Shown here: in pieces, positions 8,516 to 17,284 of the stretch
Layout: every line of letters begins with the position of its first letter
Position numbering within the stretch: position 1 is the first letter of the stretch
Position numbers and translations under genes: made by a program
DNA from: an uncultured Alphaproteobacteria bacterium
GTDB taxonomy: Bacteria > Pseudomonadota > Alphaproteobacteria > ATCC43930 > CGMCC-115725
Length of the DNA: 64,000 nucleotides
Assembly: GCA_963755435.1 (NCBI GenBank)
Contig: CAVWJX010000016.1
Span: 1,048 to 65,047 of the forward strand
Reading direction: 5' to 3'
The notes under the pieces: model-generated
What the model was told of the DNA's origin: nothing
Seen by the model: the letters and a program-made list of their open reading frames with translations, nothing else
Databases searched by the model: none

Positions 8516-8670
8516 GGTCCTTGGCGTAACTGGGGCGAAACGACCGAGCCCGAACCCAGGCCGGGTTCGGGACCGTAATTCGCCGGCAGTACCGGCCATG
8601 CGTGATCTGCGCAGCCACATTGCAGATGTAGGCGGGTGCGCCGGTCGCGTCAACTCGCCGCCCGCCCGAC

Positions 8671-8755
8671 CAGTCCGGATCGCCAGCCAGTCCGGATCGC
8701 CAGCCAGCCCGGATCGCCAGCCAGCCCGGATCGCCAGCCAGCCCGGATCGCCGCC
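8671..8755. repeat. Intergenic tandem repeat, 17-bp unit x5 (CCGGATCGCCAGCCAGY)
   Basis: CCGGATCGCC recurs at 8675, 8692, 8709, 8726 and 8743. A period of 17 is not a multiple of 3. Confidence 0.9.
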
Positions 8756-8832
8756 CCGGCTGCCGGTTCGGATCGAAAAGCCCGTGCCTTTCGTTTTTAG
8801 CGCGGGCAGCTACCGCACAAGGACGGGCAGCG

Positions 8833-8967
8833 ATGGAAAAACGCATTGTCGTGGACAAGACCGAGGCGCGCCAGGCCACCAAGGAGGGGGTGGTGCGCTA
8901 CGTGTTGGCCGCCTCCCTGGCGCTCGTTGTAGTTCTATTCGTGATTGCCTACATAGTGTTTCATTGA
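8833..8967 (+). CDS. Small membrane protein (44 aa)
   Basis: MEKRIVVDKTEARQATKEGVVRYVLAASLALVVVLFVIAYIVFH has one clear C-terminal transmembrane helix. Below the ORF-track length cutoff. Confidence 0.35.
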   Translation: MEKRIVVDKTEARQATKEGVVRYVLAASLALVVVLFVIAYIVFH

Positions 8968-8978
8968 AGGAGCGGTTG

Positions 8979-9197
8979 ATGACCATGCTGCGCGTCGGGT
9001 TTGTCCTCGCAATCAGCCTCGCGACCGCCGTCGGATGTGCCGTCGGGGCGCCCGATCGGGCCAGCAACATCCAGAATTTAAACGGTATCTCGGACGACAT
9101 CTCGGCGGTGACGATGACCCAGTCCGACTCGCAAAAGATCTCCGATCCGAACCTGACGACAACCTATCCGCGCTCCTATCAGCTGCCGCAGGATTAG
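8979..9197 (+). CDS. Small lipoprotein (72 aa)
   Basis: GAAGGAG ribosome-binding site upstream. MTMLRVGFVLAISLATAVGC is a signal peptide with a lipobox cysteine. Confidence 0.5.
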   Translation: MTMLRVGFVLAISLATAVGCAVGAPDRASNIQNLNGISDDISAVTMTQSDSQKISDPNLTTTYPRSYQLPQD

Positions 9198-9256
9198 CCG
9201 GCCGTCGCCGCGCTGGGCGGGCTGACCGGCAGGCCCCGTTGGCGAGCGACCGGCGC

Positions 9257-10912
9257 ATGCTGCTCGCCGCGGCCGAGCGCGCGCTCGCCGCCGCCGAAGC
9301 GGTGCTCGGTGTCGCGCGCTCCCGGCTCGCCGCGATCGTCGCGCCGCACGGCCCGGTCGAGCCCGAGCGTTTCGAGCGCGATCAGTTCGCCGGCCACGCG
9401 CTCGCCTGGTTCGCCGCCCTGGTCGAGGGGTTGCGCCAGATCGCAGCATGGGCCCGGCGCCTCGACGATGCGGCCGCCTTTGGCGACGCCGAAGCGCTGA
9501 TCCTCGAGCTTGCCTATGGCGAATATCTGGGTCAGCTCGCCGGCGGCATTGCGATGGCCCAGGGCGAATTCGCCCGCCCGCCGGATCTCGGCCTCACCGC
9601 GGATGAGACGGCACCATTGCGCGGCGCCGACGCCGGCGCGTTCGCGGCGGCATTGCCGCAGGCTCGGCAGCGGCTCGGCGAGATCCTCGCCGACGCCGGC
9701 GAGGCCGGGTTCGGGCGCATCGCCGTCGACCCCGATCAAGACAGCAACGCGGCGAGCTTGGCGCTGATCCGCGACCAGCTGCGCCGCTTTGCCGAGCGCG
9801 CGGTTGCTCCCCATGCCCAGGGCTGGCACCGCCGCGACCAGCTGATCCCGCTGCCGCTGATCGAGGAATTGGCCGGGCTCGGGGTTTTCGGCATGACCAT
9901 CCCCGAGGAGCATGGCGGGCTCGGCCTCGGCAAGACGGCGATGTGCGTCGTCTCGGAGGAATTGTCGCGCGCCTATCTCGGCGTCGGCTCGCTCGGCACC
10001 CGCTCGGAGATCGCCGGCGAGCTGATCCGGCTCAACGGCACGCCGGAGCAAAAGTCGCGCTGGCTGCCACCGATCGCCTCGGGCGCGGTGTTGCCGACCG
10101 CAGTCTTTACCGAGCCCGGCGCCGGCTCCGATCTCGCCGCGGTGGCGACCCGCGCGGTGCGCGACGGCGACGTCTACCGCATCTACGGCGCCAAGACCTG
10201 GATCACCCACGCCGCCCGCTCCGATCTGATGACCCTGATCGCTCGCACCGACACCGGCGCCTCCGGCTATCCGGGTCTCAGCATGTTTCTCGCCCCCAAG
10301 CCGCGCGGCAGCGACACCGAGCCGTTTCCGGCGGACGGCATCAGCGGCACCGAGATCCCGGTGCTCGGCTATCGCGGCATGAAGGAATACGAGATCGCCT
10401 TCGACGGCTTTGCCGTGCCGGCGGCGGGTCTGCTCGGCGGGGTCGAGGGCCAGGGCTTCAAGCAATTGATGGCGACCTTCGAGAGCGCCCGGATCCAGAC
10501 CGCCGCGCGCGCCGTCGGCGTCGCCCAGAACGCGCTCGAGCTCGGCCTTGCCTATGCCCGCGAGCGCCGCCAGTTCGGCCGGCCGCTGGCCCGCTTCCCG
10601 CGCGTCGCCGGCAAGCTCGCGCTGATGGCGATGGAAACCATGGTGGCGCGCCAGCTGACCTATTTCGCGGCGCGCGAAAAGGATCGCGGCCGGCGCTGCG
10701 ACATCGAGGCCGGCATGGCCAAACTGCTCGCCGCGCGCGCCGCCTGGTCGAACGCCGACAATGCCTTGCAAATCCACGGCGGCAACGGCTATGCGCTCGA
10801 ATACCCGATCAGCCGGGTGCTGTGCGACGCGCGCATCCTCAACATCTTCGAGGGTGCGGCCGAAATCCAGGCCCAGATCATCGCCCGCGGCCTGATCGCC
10901 GGCCGCAACTAA
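9257..10912 (+). CDS. Acyl-CoA dehydrogenase family protein (long form, ~551 aa)
   Basis: Reads FGMTIPEEHGGLGL, TEPGAGSDLA, YGAKTWITHA, RRQFGRPLARF and LQIHGGNGYALEYPISRVLCDARILNIFEGAAEIQ. Confidence 0.85.
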   Translation: MLLAAAERALAAAEAVLGVARSRLAAIVAPHGPVEPERFERDQFAGHALAWFAALVEGLRQIAAWARRLDDAAAFGDAEALILELAYGEYLGQLAGGIAMAQGEFARPPDLGLTADETAPLRGADAGAFAAALPQARQRLGEILADAGEAGFGRIAVDPDQDSNAASLALIRDQLRRFAERAVAPHAQGWHRRDQLIPLPLIEELAGLGVFGMTIPEEHGGLGLGKTAMCVVSEELSRAYLGVGSLGTRSEIAGELIRLNGTPEQKSRWLPPIASGAVLPTAVFTEPGAGSDLAAVATRAVRDGDVYRIYGAKTWITHAARSDLMTLIARTDTGASGYPGLSMFLAPKPRGSDTEPFPADGISGTEIPVLGYRGMKEYEIAFDGFAVPAAGLLGGVEGQGFKQLMATFESARIQTAARAVGVAQNALELGLAYARERRQFGRPLARFPRVAGKLALMAMETMVARQLTYFAAREKDRGRRCDIEAGMAKLLAARAAWSNADNALQIHGGNGYALEYPISRVLCDARILNIFEGAAEIQAQIIARGLIAGRN

Positions 10913-10917
10913 CCCAC

Positions 10918-11425
10918 CAAATCGTCATCACCGGGCTCGTCCCGGTGATCCACGCCGGTAGCCGGTCCCAACCCCGTCACCCGGATGGCCGGAACAAGTC
11001 CGGCCACGCTGGCCTGAGGCCTCTAGTCCATCAAATCGTCATCACCGGGCTCGTCCCGGTGATCCACGCCGGTAGCCGGTCCCGACCCGGTAGCCGGCCC
11101 CGACCCGGTCATCCGGATGGCCGGAACAAGTCCGGCAACGATCGCCCGAGGCCTCTACCCCCAAATCGTCATCACCGGGCTCGTCCCGGTGATCCACGCC
11201 GGTAGCCGGTCCCGACCCGGTCATCCGGATGGCCGGAACAAGTCCGGCAACGATCAGCTGAGGCCTCTACCCCAAATCGTCATCACCGGGCTTTTCCCGG
11301 TGATCCACGCCTGTAGCCGGTCCCGACCCGGTCAGCCGGATGGCCGGAACAAGTCCGGCAACGATCGCCCGAGGCCTCTACCCCCAAATCGTCATCACCG
11401 GGCTCGTCCCGGTGATCCGCCGCGC
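10918..11425. repeat. Tandem array (4 full + 1 partial) of a ~111-130-bp REP-like unit with two hairpins
   Basis: Units start at 10918, 11032, 11162, 11273 and 11385. Each contains ATCACCGGGCTCGTCCCGGTGAT and GGCCGGAACAAGTCCGGCC hairpins. The whole unit repeats, with no unique spacers. Confidence 0.9.
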
Positions 11426-11618
11426 GCGCCTCGGCAACGATCGCCGTATCTCCCGGGGAATCGCGCCGACGCGGGCGCGGACCAGGCGCTGCCGCGAGGC
11501 GGCGACGCAAGCTCCACCGGCCGCGCTCGTCGGCATTCGTCCGGCCGGCATTCGTCCGGCCGGCATTCGTTGGGAATGATCGCTGGTTCCCTTCGCCCGA
11601 CTGGCCCATATTCGGGTC

Positions 11619-11810
11619 ATGACCACCTTCGTCACGATCCTTCTGGGGCTGGCGCTGGCCGGGGTCCTCGGCATCCTCGCCGCCGGCATCATCCAGATGT
11701 TCCGCGGCGGCAATCCGCGCCGCTCCAACAAGCTGATGCAGGCGCGCGTCGTCATGCAGGGGGTGGCGCTGCTGCTGCTCGCCCTCCTGATGCTGCTCGG
11801 CCGGCGCTAG
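11619..11810 (+). CDS. Twin transmembrane-helix small protein (HIG1-like)
   Basis: A 63-aa protein with two hydrophobic helices around RGGNPRRSNKLMQARV. Confidence 0.7.
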   Translation: MTTFVTILLGLALAGVLGILAAGIIQMFRGGNPRRSNKLMQARVVMQGVALLLLALLMLLGRR

Positions 11811-11824
11811 GCGGCGGCGCGGCG

Positions 11825-12427
11825 ATGGTGCGGCTTACCCGGATCTACACCCGCGGCGGCGACCAGGGTGAAACCTCGCTCGGCGACGGCTCGCGCGTGA
11901 AGAAGCACGCGTTGCGGGTCGCCGCCTACGGCACCGTCGACGAGGCCAACGCCGCGATCGGCATCGCCCGGCTCCATGTGAGCGCGGAGACGAATGCCGC
12001 GGCCGGGGCGGAGGCCGACGCGATGCTCGGCCGCATCCAGAACGATCTGTTTGATCTCGGCGCCGATCTGTGCACCCCCGAAGACGGCCGGCGCGGCGCC
12101 GACAAAGGCAACGCCGGCGCCTTGCGCATCCTCGCCGCCCAGGTCGCGCGCCTGGAACGCGAGATCGACGCGATCAACGCGAGCCTGCGCCCGCTCGACT
12201 CGTTCATCCTGCCGGGCGGCAGCGCCGCCGCTGCCCATCTGCATCTGGCGCGCACCATCACCCGCCGCGCCGAGCGGCTGGTCGGCGAACTGGCCGAAGC
12301 CGAAAACCTCAACCCCGAAGCGCTCAAATACCTCAATCGCCTCTCTGACCACCTCTTCGTCCTCGGCCGCCGGCTCAACGACAACGGCGCCCGCGATGTG
12401 CTCTGGGTCCCCGGCGCCACCCGCTGA
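11825..12427 (+). CDS. PduO-type ATP:cob(I)alamin adenosyltransferase
   Basis: Reads MVRLTRIYTRGGDQGETSLGDGSRVKKH..VAAYGTVDEANAAIG..NDLFDLGADL..FILPGG..AAHLHLARTITRRAER. Confidence 0.85.
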   Translation: MVRLTRIYTRGGDQGETSLGDGSRVKKHALRVAAYGTVDEANAAIGIARLHVSAETNAAAGAEADAMLGRIQNDLFDLGADLCTPEDGRRGADKGNAGALRILAAQVARLEREIDAINASLRPLDSFILPGGSAAAAHLHLARTITRRAERLVGELAEAENLNPEALKYLNRLSDHLFVLGRRLNDNGARDVLWVPGATR

Positions 12428-12557
12428 CCGATAGGCCGAGGTCAGCTTCCGGTCGCCCCCGGCCGAGCGAACTGCAAAGAAAAGCGACATTCGGCCACGC
12501 GGTCGCTCAAACGGCAAATGCGCCCGGCCGCTAAGAATTTCCCCAGAAATCGAGGCG

Positions 12558-12580
12558 AAATGTCGCAAATTGCGACATTT
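12558..12580. promoter_or_regulatory. Perfect 11-1-11 palindrome AAATGTCGCAA-A-TTGCGACATTT (operator-like)
   Basis: Read directly from the sequence. Lies in a low-GC non-coding insert downstream of the adenosyltransferase gene. The binding protein is unknown. Confidence 0.4.
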
Positions 12581-13346
12581 TACTGACGTTTCTTCAACTA
12601 TTACGACCGTACGATTTCCGATAGCCATTCCGGCGGTCGGACCCTTGTCTAGCCAACAATGGTTAACATGCGTCCCTCGAAAGCAAACTTGTCAAAGATT
12701 CCGACAGGCAATCTGGTAGGGCGTTAAAAGGATCAACGATTTCGTGGTCCACGCCATATATTTTGCAGTGTATCCTCATTCGTTTGATCGTGATTAGCCC
12801 CGACATTTGCTTGGTCGGGCTAGAGTCTTCATACATCCTAGAATCCGGCTACCGCTGCGACCGTCAATGCTGGATCTGTTGAGCCATGTCGCGAGCTGCT
12901 CTGAGTCCGGACACGGCGAGTTCTGCACGGCCTTCGTCTATACCAGGACGGTCGCCATCACCCCGGCGCAACGAGTATGGCGACGAGGTGTAAAGATATC
13001 CGACACGTCGAAACGAGCATGGCCAACCGTCACGCGAGAAAACCACCAAAGCCCTCAATCAAAGGCTGATTGTCGGCCCCCGCCGCGTGATCGCGTCTGG
13101 GGCATTTTTAGGGGCCGTGAGAGGGTCGACCGAGCCTTCCATGTTCGGCCGCCGGCGCCACGCTGGTGGCGTCGGCGAGGTGCTGTGGGTCCCTGGCGCC
13201 ACCCGCTGACCAAGCCCAAAAACCCTGCGCGGGCGACCGCGACGACGATAAAATCGCCGCATTCGCCGCGTATCAAGACGTCGTAAACCGGCGAGCGCGA
13301 GCGCTTCGCGCAGGTGCCGCACCTGTTTCCCACCTGCAAATAACAG

Positions 13347-13880
13347 GTGGAACAGGTGAGCGACCCCGAGCAGCTTGACGGGGCCGCGCCCCGAACCGAT
13401 CCTTGGAGGATGAGCGACGCCCCAAACCAAGCCCCGGTCGCCCGGCGGCGGCAGATTCGTCTCACCCCTGAGGAGCAGGCGGCGTTTCTGCGCGACAACC
13501 CCAAATGCGCGCTGGCCACGATCGACCAGGACGGCTTCCCGCACGTCGTGGCGATGGGCTTCTACGCAGACGACGGCGCTTTTTACATGACCTCCTACGC
13601 CAAGGCGCAGAAGGTCGTGAACATCCGCCGCAACCCCAAGGTCGGGCTGATGGTCGAGACCGGCGCCAGCTATGCCGAGCTGAAGGGTGTGATGGTGCGC
13701 GGCGTCTGCGAGATCATCGAGGACGTCGACACCGTGCGGGCGGTCATGAACCACCGCCGCGGCAGCGCCCAGAGCGGCCGGCGCGGCTCGCTCGACAGCG
13801 CCCCAAAGCGCGTCGTCCTCAAAGTCACCCCGGAGAAGACGATGAGCTGGGATCACGCCAAGCTCGGCGGCCGCTATTGA
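13347..13880 (+). CDS. Pyridoxamine 5'-phosphate oxidase (PPOX-class, flavin/F420-type) family protein
   Basis: Reads FLRDNPKCALATIDQDGFPHVVAMGFYADDGAFYMTSYAKAQKVVNIRRNPKVGLMVE. The GTG start at 13347 is uncertain; an ATG alternative lies at 13410. Confidence 0.7.
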   Translation: MEQVSDPEQLDGAAPRTDPWRMSDAPNQAPVARRRQIRLTPEEQAAFLRDNPKCALATIDQDGFPHVVAMGFYADDGAFYMTSYAKAQKVVNIRRNPKVGLMVETGASYAELKGVMVRGVCEIIEDVDTVRAVMNHRRGSAQSGRRGSLDSAPKRVVLKVTPEKTMSWDHAKLGGRY

Positions 13881-13971
13881 GGCGGCTGGCCCCGATCGTC
13901 ATCGTCGCCGCCGAGGGTGGAGAGGATTTTCGCCTTCGGGCAATTGGCGGCGGCGGTCGGGATTGCGTGGA

Positions 13972-14370
13972 TCAGCCTTGGGCCGTGGACCGGTTCAGGG
14001 CGATGGCGGCGCGAACCAGAGACTTCAGCGCCTCCTCGTCGATCTTCTCGCCCTCGCGGAAGTCGATGGCCCGCCTTGTGTTCCCGTCAAGACTGGAGTT
14101 GAAGAGGCACGACGGATCGGTCAGAGCCGCCCCCTTGGCGAAGGTCATCTTCACGACGTTCTTGTAAGTTTCGCCGGTGCAGATCATTCCGTCGTGATAC
14201 CACACCGGAACCCCTCGCCATTTCCATTCCTCGACGATTTCGGGATCGGCTTCCTTGACCAGGCTGCGCAGCCGGCTGAGCATCTCGCCCCGCCAGTCGC
14301 CCAGCTCCTTGATCCGCGCGTCTATCAGCTGGGCAGGAGACTGGCTGTTCAGCGACCCGCTTTTCGTCAC
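13972..14370 (-). CDS. DUF1801 (YdhG-like) domain protein
   Basis: Reads LIDARIKELGDWRGEMLSRLRSLVKEADPEIVEEWKWRGVPVWYHDGMICTGETYKNVVKMTFAKGA. Confidence 0.7.
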   Translation of the reverse strand: MTKSGSLNSQSPAQLIDARIKELGDWRGEMLSRLRSLVKEADPEIVEEWKWRGVPVWYHDGMICTGETYKNVVKMTFAKGAALTDPSCLFNSSLDGNTRRAIDFREGEKIDEEALKSLVRAAIALNRSTAQG

Positions 14371-14418
14371 CCGGTTTCTCCTCCTTGGTCCCGCAGTTTG
14401 GATAAACCCCGGCAGACT

Positions 14419-14568
14419 TCACTCGATCCGCGCCAAAGCTTGCTCCAGATTGGCGAAGAACCGCTGCCACCCGCCCTGGGCGCCCTGGTAGCTGTCTTAC
14501 ACCTGGGCGGCCTATGGCCTCGAGAGTTCGACAACGACGGCGAGCGTTTCGGTTGCAGTATTGGTCAT
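14419..14568 (-). pseudogene. SRPBCC/AHSA1-like protein remnant
   Basis: Minus strand reads MTNTATETLAVVVE.. followed by in-frame stops, then ..GGWQRFFANLEQALARIE*. Only the extreme N- and C-termini of a ~150-aa family remain. Confidence 0.5.
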
Positions 14569-14629
14569 TGGTCCATCCTTTTGAGCAGATCTTCGAGGCG
14601 GTCGAATCGATTGGGCGGTAACCCAGTTC

Positions 14630-14790
14630 TTAATTCCACTTGCGGGTGAGAAATGCCACGATCTCGGCGCGGCCATTGAAAGTCCGGGCCGACCGCAGCG
14701 CCATCAATGAAGTGCGGTGCGACTTTTGGGGCGACCGGCTACTCGTTGGTCCCGCCGGTCTGTTCATTGCCCGCCCCCACCGGCTTTGAC
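14630..14790 (-). pseudogene. DUF1348 (NTF2-like) protein fragment
   Basis: ..FNGRAEIVAFLTRKWN*ELGYRPI.. matches the conserved NGR.EIV.FLTRKW..ELDYRLIKE block but is interrupted by a stop and lacks both ends. Confidence 0.4.
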
Positions 14791-15039
14791 TCTGGCGATC
14801 CTTCCTGCCGCAGAAAAATACTGAGGACAACATAGAGGCCGATGGCTGAAAACTCCGCCTCCCAACACTGAAAAACCGAGCAACTGCACCGCTGGATAGA
14901 TGCTCGAGCAGGGTCGCCTTGTCTACTCCGAGACCTCAGGCTAGCCTGGCAAGTCAGCCAACGAGGTCGCGCGTCGGAGCTGAAGCACAAATCATTCCGA
15001 CCTCCGGTTTGGTAAACCTGTCGTCGGTTATGACGTGGC

Positions 15040-15861
15040 GATATCGGTCGAGGGTTCATCGTCATGCGTTTTATAGGGGGCCTGGCGCTGGGCGTCGAGC
15101 GCCGTGCGCCGGTGCATCGTGACGCCATTGTCCCACACGACCAGAATCGCCGCCCTGCCATTGGTGGGCGTAAACGAACTCGGCGTGGGTGGCGCTGTAG
15201 TAGGCCTCGTCCAGAAGGGCGAGACCGGAGACCATGTCCATGTAGTCGATGCTTTTGTCGTCGTCGAATCGAGATAGAGCGAGCGGTCGCCGCGCTCGGG
15301 GTGGGCCCGAACCAGCGCATGCGTCACCGGCGGCGCCAGGTGTTTGGCCTGTTCCGAATCTGCTGATCCGCCCGGCGGCCATATCCCGCGAGCCGTTTCG
15401 CATAATCGAAAATTTCGCGTTTCCCGGTGATTCTCGCCCGCAGCCCGCGCGGCAAGCCGGCATAGGCGGTGCGCAAATCGACCAGAACGTCTCGCCATCC
15501 TCGATCGGCAGTTCGAGCGCGTAGAGCGCCGCGCCGGTCGTTGGGTTCAGCATGCAGGACTGGTCGGAGTGCCGCTGCAGCTCGCCGTCGCCGAGCCGCC
15601 GATGGGTCGGCCGAGCCCATTCTGTAGATTGGAGAGAACCGTCACCTCCGGCCTAGCAGGGGAGGCCCAATCGCTCCGCACGGTACGCTCCAGCCGCCCA
15701 AACAGAGCGCAGAACGCCGCGAGCGCCCTTCGCTGAGCGCCTGGCGTCGAAACACCACGACGCCGCCCTGCGAGTAGGGGCTGCGCCAGTTCGGTGACGG
15801 TCGCGTCGTCCAAGCGCTCCCATAATTTGAGCCAGACGATTTCCGGGGCCAGGTCGATCAT
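15040..15861 (-). pseudogene. TauD/TfdA-family 2OG-Fe(II) dioxygenase, multiply frameshifted
   Basis: Family blocks are spread over three frames: LGDGELQ.HSDQS, NPTTGAALYALELPIEDGET, DLRTAYAGLPRGLRARITGK, HPERGDRSLYL and ILVVWDNGVTMHRRT. Confidence 0.7.
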
Positions 15862-16122
15862 GGCCGCATCCTCGGTAACGGAAGTCGGACGAAGAGAGTA
15901 CCGGTACCCCGGGCCGTCCTGGCTAAAAATTAGTCACTCGCCGGGCGACCGATGCGCTGGTGGGTGCACCGTCGCGGTCTCCGTGCCTGACCGGGAAGCG
16001 ATTTGCGAGGAGGTTCGGCGGCGCTTGGCTGCTTGGCACAGAGCTTGCCTTGAAGACACGGCGGAGGCCGATCCGCTGGCCTGCCGCAAGCACGGGTTGG
16101 GCCAGGGGGGGAGGAAAATTCG

Positions 16123-17262
16123 ATGGATTCACGGTTCTCACCGTCGATTTCACGTCGCCGGCTGCTCGAAGGCGCCGCGAGCCTCGGCGCGGGCGCCGCA
16201 TTGGCCACGCTGCCGATGCGTTTCGCGAAGGCCGCGGAGCAGGTGGTCGGCTTCATCTATGTCGGGCCGCATGATGATTTCGGTTACAACCAGGCGCACG
16301 CCCAGGGCGCTGCCGCGGTCAAGAAAATGCCGGGGGTCAAGGTTCTCGAAGAAGAAAATGTGCCCGAAGACGTCGCGGTCTCCAAGACCATGGAATCGAT
16401 GATCGAGGAAGATGGCGCGACCCTGCTGTTCCCGACTTCGTTCGGCTATTTCGACCCCTATATCCTGCGCGAAGCGCCGAAGTTTCCCAAGATTCGCTTC
16501 GAGCATTGCGGCGGCTTGTGGACCCCGAAGGACCCGGAAAACATCGGCAGCTATTTCGGCTACATCTTCGAGGCGCAGCACATCAACGGCATCGTCGCCG
16601 GCTATACGAGCAAATCGGGCAAGCTCGGCTTCGTCGCCGCCAAGCCAATACCGCAGGTATTGCAGAACATCAATGCCTTCACCCTGGGAGCGCGGCTGAT
16701 CAATCCGCAGGCAACGACCCAAGTTGTGTTCACCGGCGACTGGTCGATGCCGGTCAAGGAGGCCGAGGCGACCAACTCGCTGATCGACCGCGGGATCGAT
16801 GTGGTCACCATGCATGTCGACAGCCCCAAGGTGGTGGTGCAGACCGCGGCCAAGCGCGGCGCCTCGGTGTGCGGCTATCATACCAGCCAGGCAGCGTTGG
16901 CGCCTCAGGCCTATCTGACCGGCGCCGAATGGAACTGGACCGACCTCTACCCGAAGTTCGTGGCGATGTGGATGAAGGGGGAGCCGATCCCGAATTTCTA
17001 CCGCGGCGGTTTTAAGGAAGGGCTGATCAAGCAGTCGCCCTACGGCCCCAGAGTGTCGGCGACGGCGCGGCAGCGTGCCGATCAGGTCAAGGCGGCGTTG
17101 ACCGCCGGCAATTACGTGATCTTCAAGGGCCCGATCACCGACAACTCCGGCAAGGTGGCGGTTGCGGCAGGGCAGGAACTAATTCAGTCGAATGCGACCG
17201 ATGCCAAGCTCGAATCGATGAATTTCCTCGTCGAGGGCGTGCTCGGGTCGCTGCCCTCTTAG
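16123..17262 (+). CDS. BMP-family (nucleoside/purine-type) ABC transporter substrate-binding protein
   Basis: GGAGG ribosome-binding site. Tat-like signal SRRRLLEGAASLGAGAALA. BMP-family blocks VGFIYVGPHDDFGYNQAH and GFVAAKPIPQV. Confidence 0.8.
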   Translation: MDSRFSPSISRRRLLEGAASLGAGAALATLPMRFAKAAEQVVGFIYVGPHDDFGYNQAHAQGAAAVKKMPGVKVLEEENVPEDVAVSKTMESMIEEDGATLLFPTSFGYFDPYILREAPKFPKIRFEHCGGLWTPKDPENIGSYFGYIFEAQHINGIVAGYTSKSGKLGFVAAKPIPQVLQNINAFTLGARLINPQATTQVVFTGDWSMPVKEAEATNSLIDRGIDVVTMHVDSPKVVVQTAAKRGASVCGYHTSQAALAPQAYLTGAEWNWTDLYPKFVAMWMKGEPIPNFYRGGFKEGLIKQSPYGPRVSATARQRADQVKAALTAGNYVIFKGPITDNSGKVAVAAGQELIQSNATDAKLESMNFLVEGVLGSLPS

Positions 17263-17284
17263 GGCGAGCGTCGACGGGGCGGCG

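Noticed and set aside
9194-10777. Very long antisense or overlapping ORFs (also 28797-30182, 31930-33522, 50898-52400, 52397-53926, 56035-57741 and many 100-300-aa plus-strand alternates)
   Set aside because: They lie opposite or out of frame to genes with clear family signatures. Their translations are Arg/Ala/Pro/Gly-rich low-complexity strings, typical of stop-codon-poor frames in high-GC DNA.
10918-11425. Regularly spaced repeats that might be read as a CRISPR array
   Set aside because: The entire ~112-bp unit repeats, including what would be the spacer. The units are themselves double palindromes of the REP type, there are no unique spacers, and there are no cas genes in the window.
11117-11824. 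N-terminal 236 codons of the track ORF 11117-12427
   Set aside because: This part is a translation of the REP array and of the HIG1 gene region in another frame. The adenosyltransferase homology begins at MVRLTRIYTRGGD (11825).
12663-12836. 57-aa minus-strand ORF (MYEDSSPTKQMSGLITIKRMRIHCKIYGVDHEIVDPF...) inside the low-GC insert
   Set aside because: It has no usable ribosome-binding-site spacing, no recognisable family and is below the ORF-track threshold. It is kept only as a candidate to test if the insert proves to be a mobile element.
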